Of a stretch of DNA of 64,000 nucleotides, positions 12,992-25,962 are shown one piece after another; within the stretch, counting starts at the first letter, position 1, and the number at the start of each line of letters is the position of its first letter. The notes beneath the pieces were generated by a model. It had not been told where the DNA came from, searched no databases, and was given only the letters and a program-made list of their open reading frames with translations. The position numbers and the translations under genes were made by a program. The stretch covers positions 11,222,001-11,286,000 of the forward strand of contig OZ316776.1 of assembly GCA_973851085.1 (NCBI GenBank). Reading direction: 5' to 3'. This DNA is from Ptychomitrium polyphyllum (taxonomy: Eukaryota).

Positions 12992-14360
12992 ATGGCGAGC
13001 ATGCTCGCCGCGATGCCCACCTCTTTGTGTGTGGCACGCAATGGTGTATTGTGTCCCACATTTCCGTCGTCTGGGTTGCATTTCATTCGGATTCAGAGAT
13101 TTGGCTCCAATGTAGATTGTAGAAAAGAGAACCGGGGTTGGGCTTCTTCAGTGCGCTCTGCAGGTGGAAGCTCTTCTGCAGATGACTTTTTAGACCTGGG
13201 GCACGACCAGGAGGTGAGTAGTAGTGTAGATTCACCTGATTTGTTGTTACTCCGACGTTTTTTTTAATTAATTGCTTGGAAAATGCTTGGTACTTGAAAG
13301 AAGTTGGAATGCTCAGATCGTGAATGAAGGTGACTTTTATGCTTTGTTGGAGCTTTAGGGTTTGCGGAAGTGCATTTAGTGTATAGGTTGTAAATTGGAC
13401 ATTTGGGTGTTTATGTAGTTTGTTGTTTAGGTTGTCTAATTCGTGACAATCTTCTGTGACCAGAATGCGACCAAGGGCGCGGCACCTGTTTGGAAGTTCT
13501 GGCAGGTATGTCTTGATGCGAATAACAGAAGCGCTTGTGAACACCTTAAGAAGAGGTTGTTTGCCAACAACTTTTGCCGACCTTGAAAATCTCTACTTCT
13601 ATGTATCTATTTCAGACGTCCGGAGGAATGTGCAATCCGGGTTCTGGAGGTCCACTTTTTCGATTATTTTCACATTTACATCATTTTCAATTGTTAGCAT
13701 GCAATTGTTTTCGCAGATGAATGCTGGAGAGCTGCGAGAAAAAGTGACGAAGCTGGGCCGCGCGGGTTTGCTTGCTTATGGTCTATTCAATGCCATTACA
13801 TATACCACAATGTTCTATGTGGCATTCCTGGCTTTTGAGAAGAGTACGGGGCAAAATCCTGCAAACAACCTAAAAGCTTGTCTTGGCGTAAGTGCTTCTT
13901 CCCTACTGTGAACTTGAGCTTGCCTAATTGTGTGTGACTATAGTAGCTTGCCTATTGACTGGCTTTCACTAGAGAACGAATTGGTATGTTGGTGATTGAC
14001 GCGTGATAATGACCAACCTTCGGATGTGAACCTTATCCTATAACGTTGCATTTGCTCGCTGTGTGAGTTTTAATACTGTTTTCTAAGAATCCTGATTGAG
14101 CTGCGTTGATTTGTTTTTGTGAATTCGATTTGTGATGCCAGGGTATGGTAACGATGTGGACCGGAAACAACTTTACGAGGCCCTTGCGGGTAGCTGGTGC
14201 TGCAGCTCTCGCCCCTTTCATGGATAAAGTGTTGAAGAAGACTCAGAAAACATTTAAGTTGAAAGATGAAGCAACTACGCTTCTATTTCTAGTTATGACA
14301 TTGATTGTTCTCTGCATTGTGGCGGTGGGGCTCCTGATTTTATCTCGGTTGGGCAGATGA
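12992..14360 (+). CDS. Uncharacterised, probably plastid-targeted multi-pass membrane protein. Exons 12992-13213, 13717-13887, 14142-14360.
   Basis: S/A/R-rich N-terminus (MASMLAAMPTSLC...), then GRAGLLAYGLFNAITY...MWTGNNFTRPLRVAGAAALAPFMD and a C-terminal hydrophobic helix. Two phase-0 GT-AG introns. It resembles a conserved green-lineage family of unknown function (FAM210/DUF1279-like, by inference). Confidence 0.8.
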
Positions 14361-15454
14361 AGTTACCGACAAACTGTCTTTCTTCACGTGCTTGTGAGCA
14401 ATCAGTTGCAAGGAAGTGTATGGAGTTCAAATGTGGTATGTGGATTTGGTTGTGTATGAGGTTTTCCAGATGAGCCGCGTGTTTTTAGACTAAATGAGCA
14501 CAGCTCTGAACATTCTTATCGGAGATGTGCTCAACTGATCATGGCCGTTGCGATTGCAAAAAGCAATGCTAATCTGTTCAAGATTAGGATCTTGGTTTGC
14601 AAATTAAGTCCCTGTAATGCTATCTTAAAAGTTGCTCGCGATGAATGCCTGCTACAGAGGTTGACAGTTGATTCACAGGAGGTGAGTCATATACCAGATT
14701 TTATTTACTGTTCTGTCCATACCCACGCTGAAATCTTACCTTTATACGAACTTTCAAGGATGTGAAGGCCTATATGACCACCCGGGAAACCAGGAAAGGA
14801 TTTCTGACCAGCTGTTCTGGTTGTTTGCAGGTAATTATGATGGCCTGAACATTATCAGTTGAGTCCACGGCTTCGTATAACAGAGAGCCATTAAGACGGT
14901 GTCAACAGTCTTTGAAGAGTGCCGTGTGGCGCTGTGAGCACAGATATCCGATTTCCAGTTTGTGGTTTTGCAGTGCTACATTCAATATGTGAGGATACGC
15001 GACATGTTGCAAATTGCTGCTGCAGTGACCAGTCAACTCCGTTGGAGCTAGATGCACTCTGTACACATAAGAGTTGAATATGAAAGGAGTGCTCGTTTTT
15101 CTTTTCCTTGAGCCAGATTCTAATATAGGTGGTAATCAATCTGTACGATACTTCGCTATGAACAAAGCATACATGAACGCCACTGTAAGGTAGCAATTCC
15201 ATATTTGTATAGAAGCATCCCGCCTCATGTCGAGGAAATCCTGAGCTTCGAAAGACATTACAGTGAAGCTACCAGCTCCAAGTTTTATTGGAGGCCTCCC
15301 AAAAGATTCGTAGCTTACAATCCCTTGATCAGATTTATGTCTCACTCCCCTCACACAGAATTAACTTAATGGGTCGACCAATTCATCCCTTACGAGAAAT
15401 ACCTACCTGTTTGAAAATTACTGGGTACCTGTTTGAAAACTACTGGGTTCCAGT

Positions 15455-16353
15455 TCAGCAATTTTTCCAATTTTTCTGAGCCGATATGAGAGCTGATAGC
15501 AAACCTGCAAACGACAGCAAAAAGGGATTATCTAAAACTCCTTTGGTTTCTCGAATGTCGGTCAACGCCAATAAACTATCAGAGAAGTCCTGGACAATCG
15601 ACAAGGTCTTCACAAAACGCTTCGCTTGCAACGTTTGAAGCTCTTTAATCTCTATGACAGGACTAATCCCACCCTCAGCCTTTTTCCGCATCCCCTGCAG
15701 CAGCTTCGCTTCCTGTTCGATGATACTTGATACCTGAATGATCTTCAATGTAACACTGCCAAAGTAACCTATAAACTCCGCCCATGCACTCAATTTCGTG
15801 AGCTGCTTGGAGTGGCGCTTATCAATTAGCCCCGCTTTCACCTGTTGGGGACATCATCTCCATCATGGGCTTGCACCACAATGATCGAAGGAGACCAAAG
15901 TGAACTAAAAAAGCAAAGTGATGCAGCTTGAAGTTAAACAGCAAACATACGGATCACCACAATTAAATGCGGTCAGCAGAAGTTTGAATTCAAAACAGAG
16001 GTTGTTGCTCCACTCACCAGCCAAACAAACTGCTCCACAAAGTAGTAAAACCCTTCCCCGCCACTGGCAACGAGCTCCAGAAAGCCATCCCTGGTGCCAA
16101 AGTTGGTCTTCTTCAAAACATTCACGTCCTGGATGAACTTCCCCAAGCGAAACGCCTTCCGGCTGCTGCCCACGCTCGCATCAAACGCTTTCAGCTTGCC
16201 GTAAACCTCCGGGTCCTTGGGCGCGATCGGCGACGCCAGCACCAACCTGGTCGAGTAGCGCAGAATCTTCAACGCCTTGTCCACGCCATCCCTCCGCGCG
16301 AGATAACTCTCCAGGTGCTCCAGAAATGGCCGCTCGCTGTGCGCCAGGGCCAT
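15455..16353 (-). CDS. PEX11a: Peroxisomal membrane protein PEX11 (PEX11a type). Exons 16353-16018, 15841-15455.
   Basis: FLEHLESYLARRDGVDKALKILRY, SRKAFRLGKFIQD, GGEGFYYFVEQFVWL|VKAGLID, SAWAEFIGY and C-terminal KNWKNC match plant PEX11a. Confidence 0.93.
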
Positions 16354-16570
16354 GGCCCTCCGATCAAACCCCCTGCCTCCCGTGGATTCCTCCACCCACA
16401 CTTCAAAAGCTCCAGATCACGCAGCGACCGACTTGCATGCGCGCACGCAGTGCAGTGGCACAATCACGCAGCCACGGCAACCGTAGCGACGCCGTGTAAA
16501 CGGTGGGTCGCGCATATGCAGACCACGGCTGCCGCTGCCGCTCTGGTCCTGGCCCTGGCTCTCCCTTCCT

Positions 16571-16619
16571 TGCCGTGCGGTGCCGTGCGGTGCCGTGCCG
16601 TGCCGTGCCGTGCCGTGCC
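16571..16619. repeat. (TGCCG/TGCGG)n pentanucleotide microsatellite in the PEX11 upstream region
   Basis: About 10 tandem units are visible directly. Confidence 0.9.
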
Positions 16620-19504
16620 CCTTACTGCTCTGCATTCTTCACCTAAAATTTACGTGAAAGTTTATGCAACCTTCCGAAACCTCAGACCATTATCGTTTTT
16701 CTTTTCTTTTCTGGTAGGCAAGGAAAAAGAAAAAATTAAGTACCGATGCTTGAATTGTAATTGTTATCTGGCGAGTGTTTTCTTTCTTTTCTTTTTCTTC
16801 TCTTTTATTTGTGATAAGACCTTAAATCTCACAAACCATGAGGTCGATGGAGGTTTATTGGTATTTTACGAGAGCTCTTAATGATGGAAGGTGCACATTG
16901 GTGGTTTCATGAATTTTGAAATTCCAACATGACAGATTTTGAATTTTAGAGAGTTTTTAATTCTGAAAAATTACATGATTGTAGAATCCAAAATTCAGAG
17001 ATTTTTTCATGAGTTTACACCATGGTTGGACCAATAGCAAAGGCATTTAGTTCTTTTCTGCTATAAGATTAAATAGTTATTTAAAATCAATGTTAAAATG
17101 ATAATTTATTAAAATCAAATTGAAATATGCAAATATTGTACTTCTATGATTTAATTCAAGTTCAAAATATGGTTTTTGAGTGGAAAAAAAAATTAGCTTT
17201 AATTAAAAAATATAATGGAAAAAGCATATCATGCCTTTGGAGAAGAAAACCTATAGACTCAAATTGAAATTGTATCTCTTCATAAATTTACACTATCATT
17301 AATGAAATAATATAATATTATTATTATTATAACTATTTTAGCACATGTTTTATTTTAAACTAAATTAGAAAGAATTATAAATTCAAAATTTCAAAATTTA
17401 AATGAATTTTGAATGGGGATTTTTGAAATAGGAAGAATTTTTGAAATGTGTATGAAATGTATAAATCCTCTATACAATAATATTTAAAATGAAACTATAA
17501 TGAAAAGTCCCTTTTGTTATATTAAATATGCACTTAAAAATTAAAACATGTAGTATTAAAAATAGCTATATATGATAAAAATATTTACTCAAATCTTATA
17601 TGAAAAATAACGTTTGATTCTATTTAATCTCAATACATATGTTTGTGCATAATTTGTTGTCCTTTTACTCCATTAGATTTTTGAAACTTATTTTTTAGAT
17701 ATAGAAGCAAGAAGCATAAAAATTCATGATTTGTTAAAATTCTTTCACTAAAGGTAGAATTTACTTTGGTAATATAGTAGATGTTGAAGTAAACATACAA
17801 AAGATAAAATGTAGCATAAAGTGACATGTTTTTCAAAAAAATTATGTAAAAAGTGGCATTAACTGAAATAGTTTAAATTTTTTTGATGTTTAAGTTGTAA
17901 TTAAATTTCTTTGACTTTAAGCTTTTGAATAGGAGTTGAATGCATAAAAAGAACTAATTGAATTTAGAGTGAGTGTTTGGTTTTATATTCCTTTTTTGAT
18001 AGGAATTGATTGGTTTTAAAAATGAGAAGGTAAGTGAATGCTTTTATTAATTGTGGAAGATTTTTCAACAGTGTGTGGAAAAGGAAAAGAGATGGACATA
18101 GAGACAGTGGACAGTGAGACGCCTCAAATTGACACTTTGGATTTTAGGACCAAGGAGCATGTTGATAGGACTGAGGAAGAAGATGAAACCTTATGAAAAA
18201 ATGACATAGGATTATGTTAAGACTCAATAGGAAGAAAAGGACCCCATGACACAAAGGAGCAAACCAAAAGTAGGATGGGTGAGTGGTTTCAAGTAACAGG
18301 GTCATGTGCATTTGGGGACGTAACAAAGTGGTTCAAGGTGGGAAATCATGAATCCATTGTGCAATCCATAGAGCTCCAAAGCAGCGGTTGTATGATGCCT
18401 GCTTAAAGGTCCCAGAGGTATCAAGGGGAGTCCTGTGTCTCGTTGGCAGTGAAGTCATCATTCCAGGGTTCAAGTAACCAGCATCAGGAATCACACTCAT
18501 TTTAGGGCCAATTTATGATACGGAAGATACTCCAGTTTGCTTGCTAGGTGAGGCTAACATAAAACCTATGAATCTTTGCTGCAAAGTCAGGGGTGAAGTA
18601 TGTTGCCTTTCCAGCAATATCATGTGGGGTTTATGGGCACCTACTTGAAGAGGCAGCAAACTACAACAAGTGCTGAGGATTTGTTAGAGATGCACTCTGT
18701 TTTGTTTGAAAAAGGAACATATGCTGCATGTTGTGTTTATGTTCAAATAATTTCAAAATCTTTAGTTAAAAAGTGGTGTCGTAAAAACGAATTTATAGAC
18801 CTAAATCACGCAGGAATAATCTTGAGGTAAAAAAAACTAAATCACTCAGTGAGTTTTTACATAAAATTCATTTCAAGTCCATTAAAATACACACCTTCGT
18901 ATGACTCAAATGAACCACTATAGATTGGTGCTTGTAACAGAGGTATACCAAAAACCGACAGTCTCAAACAAAGTAACAGTATCTATACTTCTAGTAGATG
19001 CCGGTTGTGGAGTGTAGTAACGGTTTTGGATGTACATCCAATACCTTTGCACAAATAAGTCTTTCCTTGCAAGACACCTCAATCGCCTGCAGGAATCACA
19101 CACTAAAGTTGCTCTCAACGCAAAACTGATATTAATTACAGCCTTTGTAGATTTCAGTAACTCAAATGTACCAGGGTAGTGCACACACCGATCTGGGGAA
19201 TAGCTACGGGTTTGGGTATTCCATCCCTAATGCGCAGTAAAAGGCCCCTCTCCCTATTATGAAGTTTTACACAGTAAGCGGCAACGGAGAGGATGAATCC
19301 AAAAGCAAACGAAGCGTTCTTCGAAACCAGCTTTCTGAAATTCGTAGATTTCCTCCCGAACTCACCCTGACAAGAAGAAAGAAGATCCTGAACTGGTAGA
19401 GAAATCACTGGCCAAAGCACACAGAGAGAGGAGAGAGTGAGAGAGGTTGCGAGTTGGGAGAAACGGAACCTCAAGTGGGGAGAAGCTCATCGCAGTCTCA
19501 GCGT

Positions 19505-19512
19505 TAGGGTTT
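19505..19512 (+). promoter_or_regulatory. Telo-box (TAGGGTTT) in the SF3B2 5' leader
   Basis: Exact motif 12 nt before the ATG. Confidence 0.5.
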
Positions 19513-19523
19513 TGAGCATAGCG

Positions 19524-22500
19524 ATGGTGATGGCGGAGACTATGGAGAACGGCACACCGCTGGCGGATTCGGTGCCTTTGGCGAACGGCGAGGCGGATGC
19601 GGTGCGGGAGATTGCGCAGAACGGAGGTGTGTCGGAGGAGAGTGCTCATGTGGCGAACGGTGGAGAGGAGAAGGTGGAAGGTGTTGTTTCCGGGAGGAAG
19701 GCGAAGGAAGCTGAGCGGCGGCGCAGGCGGCGGACGAAGAAGAAGAAATCTACGAAGAAGGAAGCGGCTGGAAAGGCGGCTCAGTCCGACAGTGACAAGG
19801 AAAATGCCGATGAGGTGATTTGTTTTGTGCTTGGTTTAGAGGATTTTTGATATTGTTCGTCTTGTTGATGTCTGTGTTGATGCTTAGGGAAAATTTATGG
19901 AGGAAAGGAAGGAAGGGAGGAGGGGAAGAGAGGCTTTTTTTTTAATCTATTTCAAGTTTCTTTGGGATGCAGGATGGCATTGAGTTTGGAGGCTTTTCCT
20001 AGCGTAGTTACGCGGGCAGTCTGTTGTTTAGACTACGTGGTATTGCTTTAGTTTTGATGTTTGTGTGCGACCTTTCCCTTGTTTGCGCATGAGTCTTGAT
20101 GAGCCTGGCGTTGGAGGCTCTTTCGCACCTGAACAGTGAATTTTTTTAGGGGTCAGAAGTTTACCTCTGCCGTCCTACGTGTATAGTTGATGCATTTAGC
20201 TGTTTTGGAGAAATAGCAAGCGAAGGTGGAAGCTCAATTCATTTCTTATTGGACTTTTCGCATGAAACCCTAGGAGATTGCCCAGATTTATAGTTTGGCT
20301 GATGGTGTGTCTTCGTTCTTTGTGGTGGCAGCATGAAGACAAGGTAGAGGTGGAGTATATATCCGAGAAAGTGGAGGTAGATGCTAACGGTAATATGAAT
20401 CCGCTCGTCCAAGATTTTCTGGAGGTTTTTGAAAAGTTTGCAATTCCAGAACAGATGTTTCTTGAAGCGACTAAGGTACGTTTCTTTTATCTTTTACTCT
20501 TTGTTCATGGCTTAAACTCCTACAGTAGCTGTTCATTTTCTCTAACTAGGAGCGGTAATGTGTTCTGCGTTGAAGACATCCTATAGATTTGGACGAACTA
20601 GATATGATGGTAATTTCAGGTTTTCCCTGGTGAATACAATCAAGACATGGTTCATATTCTTTGTTCTAAGGTTCCCATATTGTGCTTATTTTTCTTGCAA
20701 AGCAGACTGTTGAGCCTGAAGAAACTCAAGCAGACGAACCTAAGAAGAAAGGCAGCGATGATTCAGACGAGTCGGATGACGATGATGATGACAAGGATAA
20801 GGAGAAGGGCTTATCCAACAAGAAGAAGAAGGTGAGCTCTTTATTTTTGTTACGAGCAACGCTTCACTATATTTTATTTTGTAAAAGAAAACTTGATTTC
20901 TGTTCTCGCCTTTCATTTAAGGATCTCATTGTGGTTGGATTTGGCTTGATTGTTCAGCTGCAACGGAGGATGAAAATTGCCGAGCTCAAGCAACAATGTA
21001 TGAAGCCCGACGTTGTTGAGGTAATTATTTAAACCAGAAGCTTTGTTGTTAATGTGTCTCAACTACCGTCTGCTTGATGTTTTGATGACCCGTTTGCAAA
21101 TGTTGTTGTCAGTCCAAGGATTGAAGCGTTATTTCTTTTAGTTGGCTTCTTATTGATATTGCACTTCTTATTTGTCTGCTCCTGGTCCCTAACTCTAGTA
21201 TTGTTTACGTGCTTTGCAATTATGGATATAAAATTTATTCAGCTTGGGTCTGTTAGAGATTTTGCATGTTAGCATGCTCAAAAATTGTCTTTGGTTGTCT
21301 GTGTTTGTTGAATAGGTTTGGGATGCAACAGCTGCGGATCCACGTCTTCTTGTGTTTCTGAAAGGATATCGCAACACTGTTCCTGTTCCAAGGCATTGGT
21401 GCCAGAAGCGAAAGTTTCTACAGGTTAATTTCGCTGCTCCTAAAACTTATATATTAGGCGGAACTGACGTTCCATGTGGCTTGGAACTGATTGGAGATGT
21501 CCAGAAAGCCCTCGTCTGGGTGGTTGTACGTAAAGAAGTTTACAGACGGCGAGCTGGCATTGCCTCTTATTTGGTATACGTGGTTTCTGCAGGGTGCGGT
21601 TCATCGCCATGTCTGAATAATGAACGAAAGACTGGTATGTGGGTGGCTGTGGAGGAGGGCCCCCTGTTATGAATGCCTTCTTGTGTCAATTGTATTCTAG
21701 AATCTTGTGTTAGAGGTCACCTGGAGTCTTGTGCTTTGAGGCATCTGATGTATATACGTTTATGGGATATATTTTTGAAAGCCTGTGCTGGTGTCGTTGA
21801 ACATTCCGTAGGATGGGGTAGAGCTGTCCCTGTCAGTGTCTACTTGTATGGGAAATGAAGATAGATTATTATGCAGAGTTCTTTGCCTGTTAGTAACAAA
21901 TGCAGTGGTCAAATATTTCCAAAAGAGTTTCAAGAAGATTGTTGTAGGTTACTGGCGGTCCTCTCCATTTTCTCCTCAGTTGTCTGACTGGATTTTATGA
22001 ATCTGACACTGCAGAATCTGCTGGGCGTGCAACTCTTTTCATATCAATTTTTGTATACAAAATTGTTGTACGGTGAATGCGTGATATTATATATGCATAC
22101 AACCACATGTGTACATTTGATGAGTTATCAGTGATGTTCTCACTGAGCTTATTCACTCATGCACATGTGTTGTATACATCACATCGTAATAGTGTGATGA
22201 ATTGGGTTGTTTTATTTCAGTTTGTGCACCAAAAGGGCCTGCTTTTCTGATGGTATTTGTGTTTTCAGGGAAAACGTGGTATAGAGAAGCAGCCCTTTCA
22301 GCTTCCCGATTTTATTGCTGCAACTGGTATCGAAAAGATAAGACAGGTGAGGATCAAGTTTCATGTTCACTTTGTTAGACCGTTTCTTGAGTATTGCGTT
22401 TCTTTTCTCTTTTGAATGGTGTTGAACAGTCCAAATTTACACGAAGCTCTAGGGTGAAAGAAGTTTTTTGAAAGCTTTCCATCCGTTGACACTATTCATC

Positions 22501-25500
22501 TGTCCGAGCTCCAGTCTTCAAATTCTGATTATTTTTTACTGAACTCTAGCGTTGCTAGTTGGAAGTCAAATGAAGATTGTGCTTTGCTAGACATGAGAAT
22601 TATTGTGCTCAGTCAGGGCCTAGAGGGGATGACATAACCCAATGAAGCACCATAACCGTATATTGATGTGTTTTATGTTGCGTGCTATTAGGCTTATATT
22701 GAGAAGGAAGACAGCAAGAAGCTAAAGCAAAAGCAGAGGGAGAAGATGCAGCCAAAAATGGGAAAGATGGACATTGATTATCAAGTGCTTCATGATGCGT
22801 TCTTCAAGTATCAAACAAAGCCCAAGCTCACTCATCATGGTGACCTTTATCACGAGGGAAAAGAGTTTGAGGTGATCTTTCTTACATTCAGCCGGGATTT
22901 TATGTATGATTTCACATGTTGTAGTTGTGGAATAATCTGCGGTTTAGTTATACTAGGTCAAATGGAATTACGGTTTATGGCAGATGATGTGGGACCAATT
23001 TTGTGTGTGATTGGAGGATTTAACAAGGAGTTTCGGAGTAGTGATCGCCACCTACCGATCTTCATGTTAATCATTTTGTACTGAGTTTGGGATATATTCC
23101 TTTGCAGGAGGGTTATTCTATATTGTTTTGTTTTGTGTTTTTTTTTCCCGCTGTTCTTCTAAATTTCGAGCGAATCTATTCTGAGCAATTTATGACAACT
23201 TCAATATCGCAGTACTGATTCTCAGGTTTGCATCGGTTGACTTGGTCTTTCAATCAGGTCAAATTGAGGGAGATGAAACCTGGGCAGATATCCCAGGAAC
23301 TCAAAGAAGCACTTGGCATGCCAGACGGTGCTCCTCCTCCTTGGCTTATCAACATGCAGGTGTGTAGGGTTGCTTTCCTTCTTGGGGCTTAATTGAACGG
23401 TGTGTTCAACTGAATGATGGTTTATATTATTTCTGTATATGAGGTTATTTCAGATTATTATATTTTCCATGCTCTTGCTCATCCCAAGTTCATATGAGTC
23501 AACTCTTACTAACTTTGCTTGCTATTTTGTTGCAGAGATACGGACCTCCGCCTTCTTATCCTCACCTTAAGATTCCTGGATTGAATGCACCCATACCAGA
23601 GGGTGCTTCTTTTGGTTATCATGCAGGAGGTTGGGGCAAGCCCCCTGTTGATGAGGTGCCCATTTGACTATCTGAAAAGCATTACTCATTGACGTGCCTG
23701 AATTGTTTTAATCAATGCTTCTGTCAACGATCACTCATAACCTCTTTTTAGCTGAAGTATCTCTGACTTGGTCATCTTCTGCTTATCTATCGTGGTTGGC
23801 TTTGCTGAAATCCATATTTGCTATCAGTCTACCAAGCTTAGGCATGGAGTGATGTTCGCTTTTTAGAGGCAACTCACAGCACATCAGTTTTAATTTGATA
23901 CTTCTTAATGTATCTTAGGAAATAGAAGTTAAAGTGAGAAATTGGCTTTTCAACATGCATGTTTGAATCTTACTTAATCTATGAATTTTTGCGGGATTGC
24001 AGTATGGGCGGCCTTTGTATGGAGACGTATTTGGTGTTCAACATGCGGAGCCTGATACATATGAGGTATTGATCCCTGTTTTTCTGATCTTTATAGTAAT
24101 ATATATTTTCCTGTTCTGGGTTGTTGATGAACTGAATGTAGGAAGTGGAACCCTGTTGCTTTTGGGAATCTACATCTTAATTCTAGTATCCATTGATATT
24201 ACATTTTTGCCGAGTGTTAGGTTTCTAGTCACTCTCTGTAGATTTATGTCTTTTTGAGTTTTGCCTTTACAAAGTCTGACCTCAACCTTGCGAATGTTCT
24301 CCAGGATGAACCCGTTGATCGGACAAAGCACTGGGGCGACCTGGACGAAGAAGAGGAAGAAGAGGAGGAGGAGGAAGAGGACGAAGATGCTGAGCTCGGA
24401 GAGGACGAAATGGCAGATGGTGTTTCTTCTGTGGACACCATTTCAACGTACGTGCACATTAGTATTCAGTTTCATTTTATTTTTGTTGGTCATATCAGTG
24501 AGTATTGAAACAGCCACTGCATTATTGATGTATGAAGGCTTTGTAATTTACCTGCCAAGTGTACTAAGGAAATGTCCTTATTCACCTTTTGTTTTGGTGC
24601 AAGTTGCGAAACAGCCTCTCTTTGTTTTTTTATCGTTGCGGACTAGGAATCTCCAGTTTGCTATTTCTGGTGTCGGTTTTTTGTAAGTTCTTCATCCATG
24701 TGTTTAGCTCCTCACAAATTCCTCGTTTTGTTCTTAGCAGGACACCAACTGGTGTGGAGACGCCAGATGTTATTGACCTTCGAAAAGCTCAAAGGAAAGA
24801 ACCTGAGAAGCAGCTGTACCAGGTAGACCTTATGATATATCACAAACTGTGGGTGATGCTATTGCAAGATGCTCTGCTACCTGATATAGGTATCAGGAAC
24901 TGAAGTTTGATTTGGATCGGGAACATTGATCTGCCACATTGACAAAGAGCTTACTTAATGTTGGTTCTGTTGCTTTCAGGTTCTGGAGGAGAAAGAAGAG
25001 CGTGCTCAACAAGGAACTCTTTTGGGAACAAGTCATACGTATGTTTACAATTTGTGATGAACTCTTTTATTGTGCTAGTATTTCTTTTTACTCCATCTAA
25101 TGTTTCACACTTGAAAGAATAGTTTATATATGTCTTCAATTCTGATCTGAAGTGGGTTTGGTGATGCAGATATGTACTGCCATCTGGGGACAAGGCTGCA
25201 GCTAAAAAGGTACACTTTGTTTTCTTTGTTATGCCATACCAGTTCTATCTGTTTTTCATTAGAGCAAAATTGTCATCATTCTATTATACTGGGTCGTTAT
25301 TTATGCCTGAAAGGATGGTAGTGGCCGCTTTTCTCGCTGCATGTTGTGTAGTGATCTTCTAGTGTCGTCCGATCACATGATAGAACTGACAGTGAGAAAC
25401 TCGGACTGTTGATTTCACAGGGTATTGATCTATTGAAGAGCCAAAGAACTGATAAAGTGGATATTACTCTCCGACCAGAGGAGTTGGAAGGGCTTGACGA

Positions 25501-25962
25501 TGTGGCCCTTGCAGCCAAGTACGTGATGGAAACACAGAAGTTTTTCAAATATTGTGTAATCAACCCATTAGTTCGCAAGTTCTCATTGTGTTTTTTGAAT
25601 TGTTGATTTTCTGTATCGTTGACAAGAGTCGGGGTTCTGGGTGCAGGTATGAAGAGGCTAGTCATGAAGCTACGTTGGCGACTCAAGGAAGAGAAGACTT
25701 CAGTGATTTAGTTGCAGAGGTACATCATGTGTTCATGCTTGTCTTCTTCTGTTTCCTGTTACGTTTGTTTCATATATCGTTTGGGTCTATTTTATGCTGT
25801 AAAGGTGTTTAGTAATCTGATGTTAGCTTATCTGTTAAAGTTTTTTACTCCATTTAATTTTGATGAATGGCACTGTTCTGATTTCAGATGGAGAAGAAGC
25901 GGAAACGCAAAGCACAAGAGAAGGATGGCAAAGCAAAGAAACAAAAGGATTTCAAGTTTTAG
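19524..25962 (+). CDS. SF3B2: Splicing factor 3B subunit 2 (SAP145/Cus1; DUF382 + PSP domains), multi-exon
   Basis: LQRRMKIAELKQ..KPDVVE|VWDATAADPRLLVFLKGYRNTVPVPRHWCQKRKFLQ|GKRGIEKQPFQLPDFIAATGIEKIRQ, MQPKMGKMDIDYQVLHDAFFKYQTKP, GAPPPWLINMQ|RYGPPPSYPHLKIPGLNAPIP, GGWGKPPVDE, HWGDL and terminal KDFKF* are SF3B2 hallmarks. Confidence 0.96.

Noticed and set aside
15405..15446. Short tandem duplications (about 22 bp after the PEX11 stop; about 25 bp near 45468-45516)
   Set aside because: Ordinary two-copy slippage duplications in non-coding sequence.
22194..22250. GTGATGA...CTGA as an intronic snoRNA in SF3B2
   Set aside because: Too short (57 nt), too close to the 3' splice site, and no guide sequence recognised.
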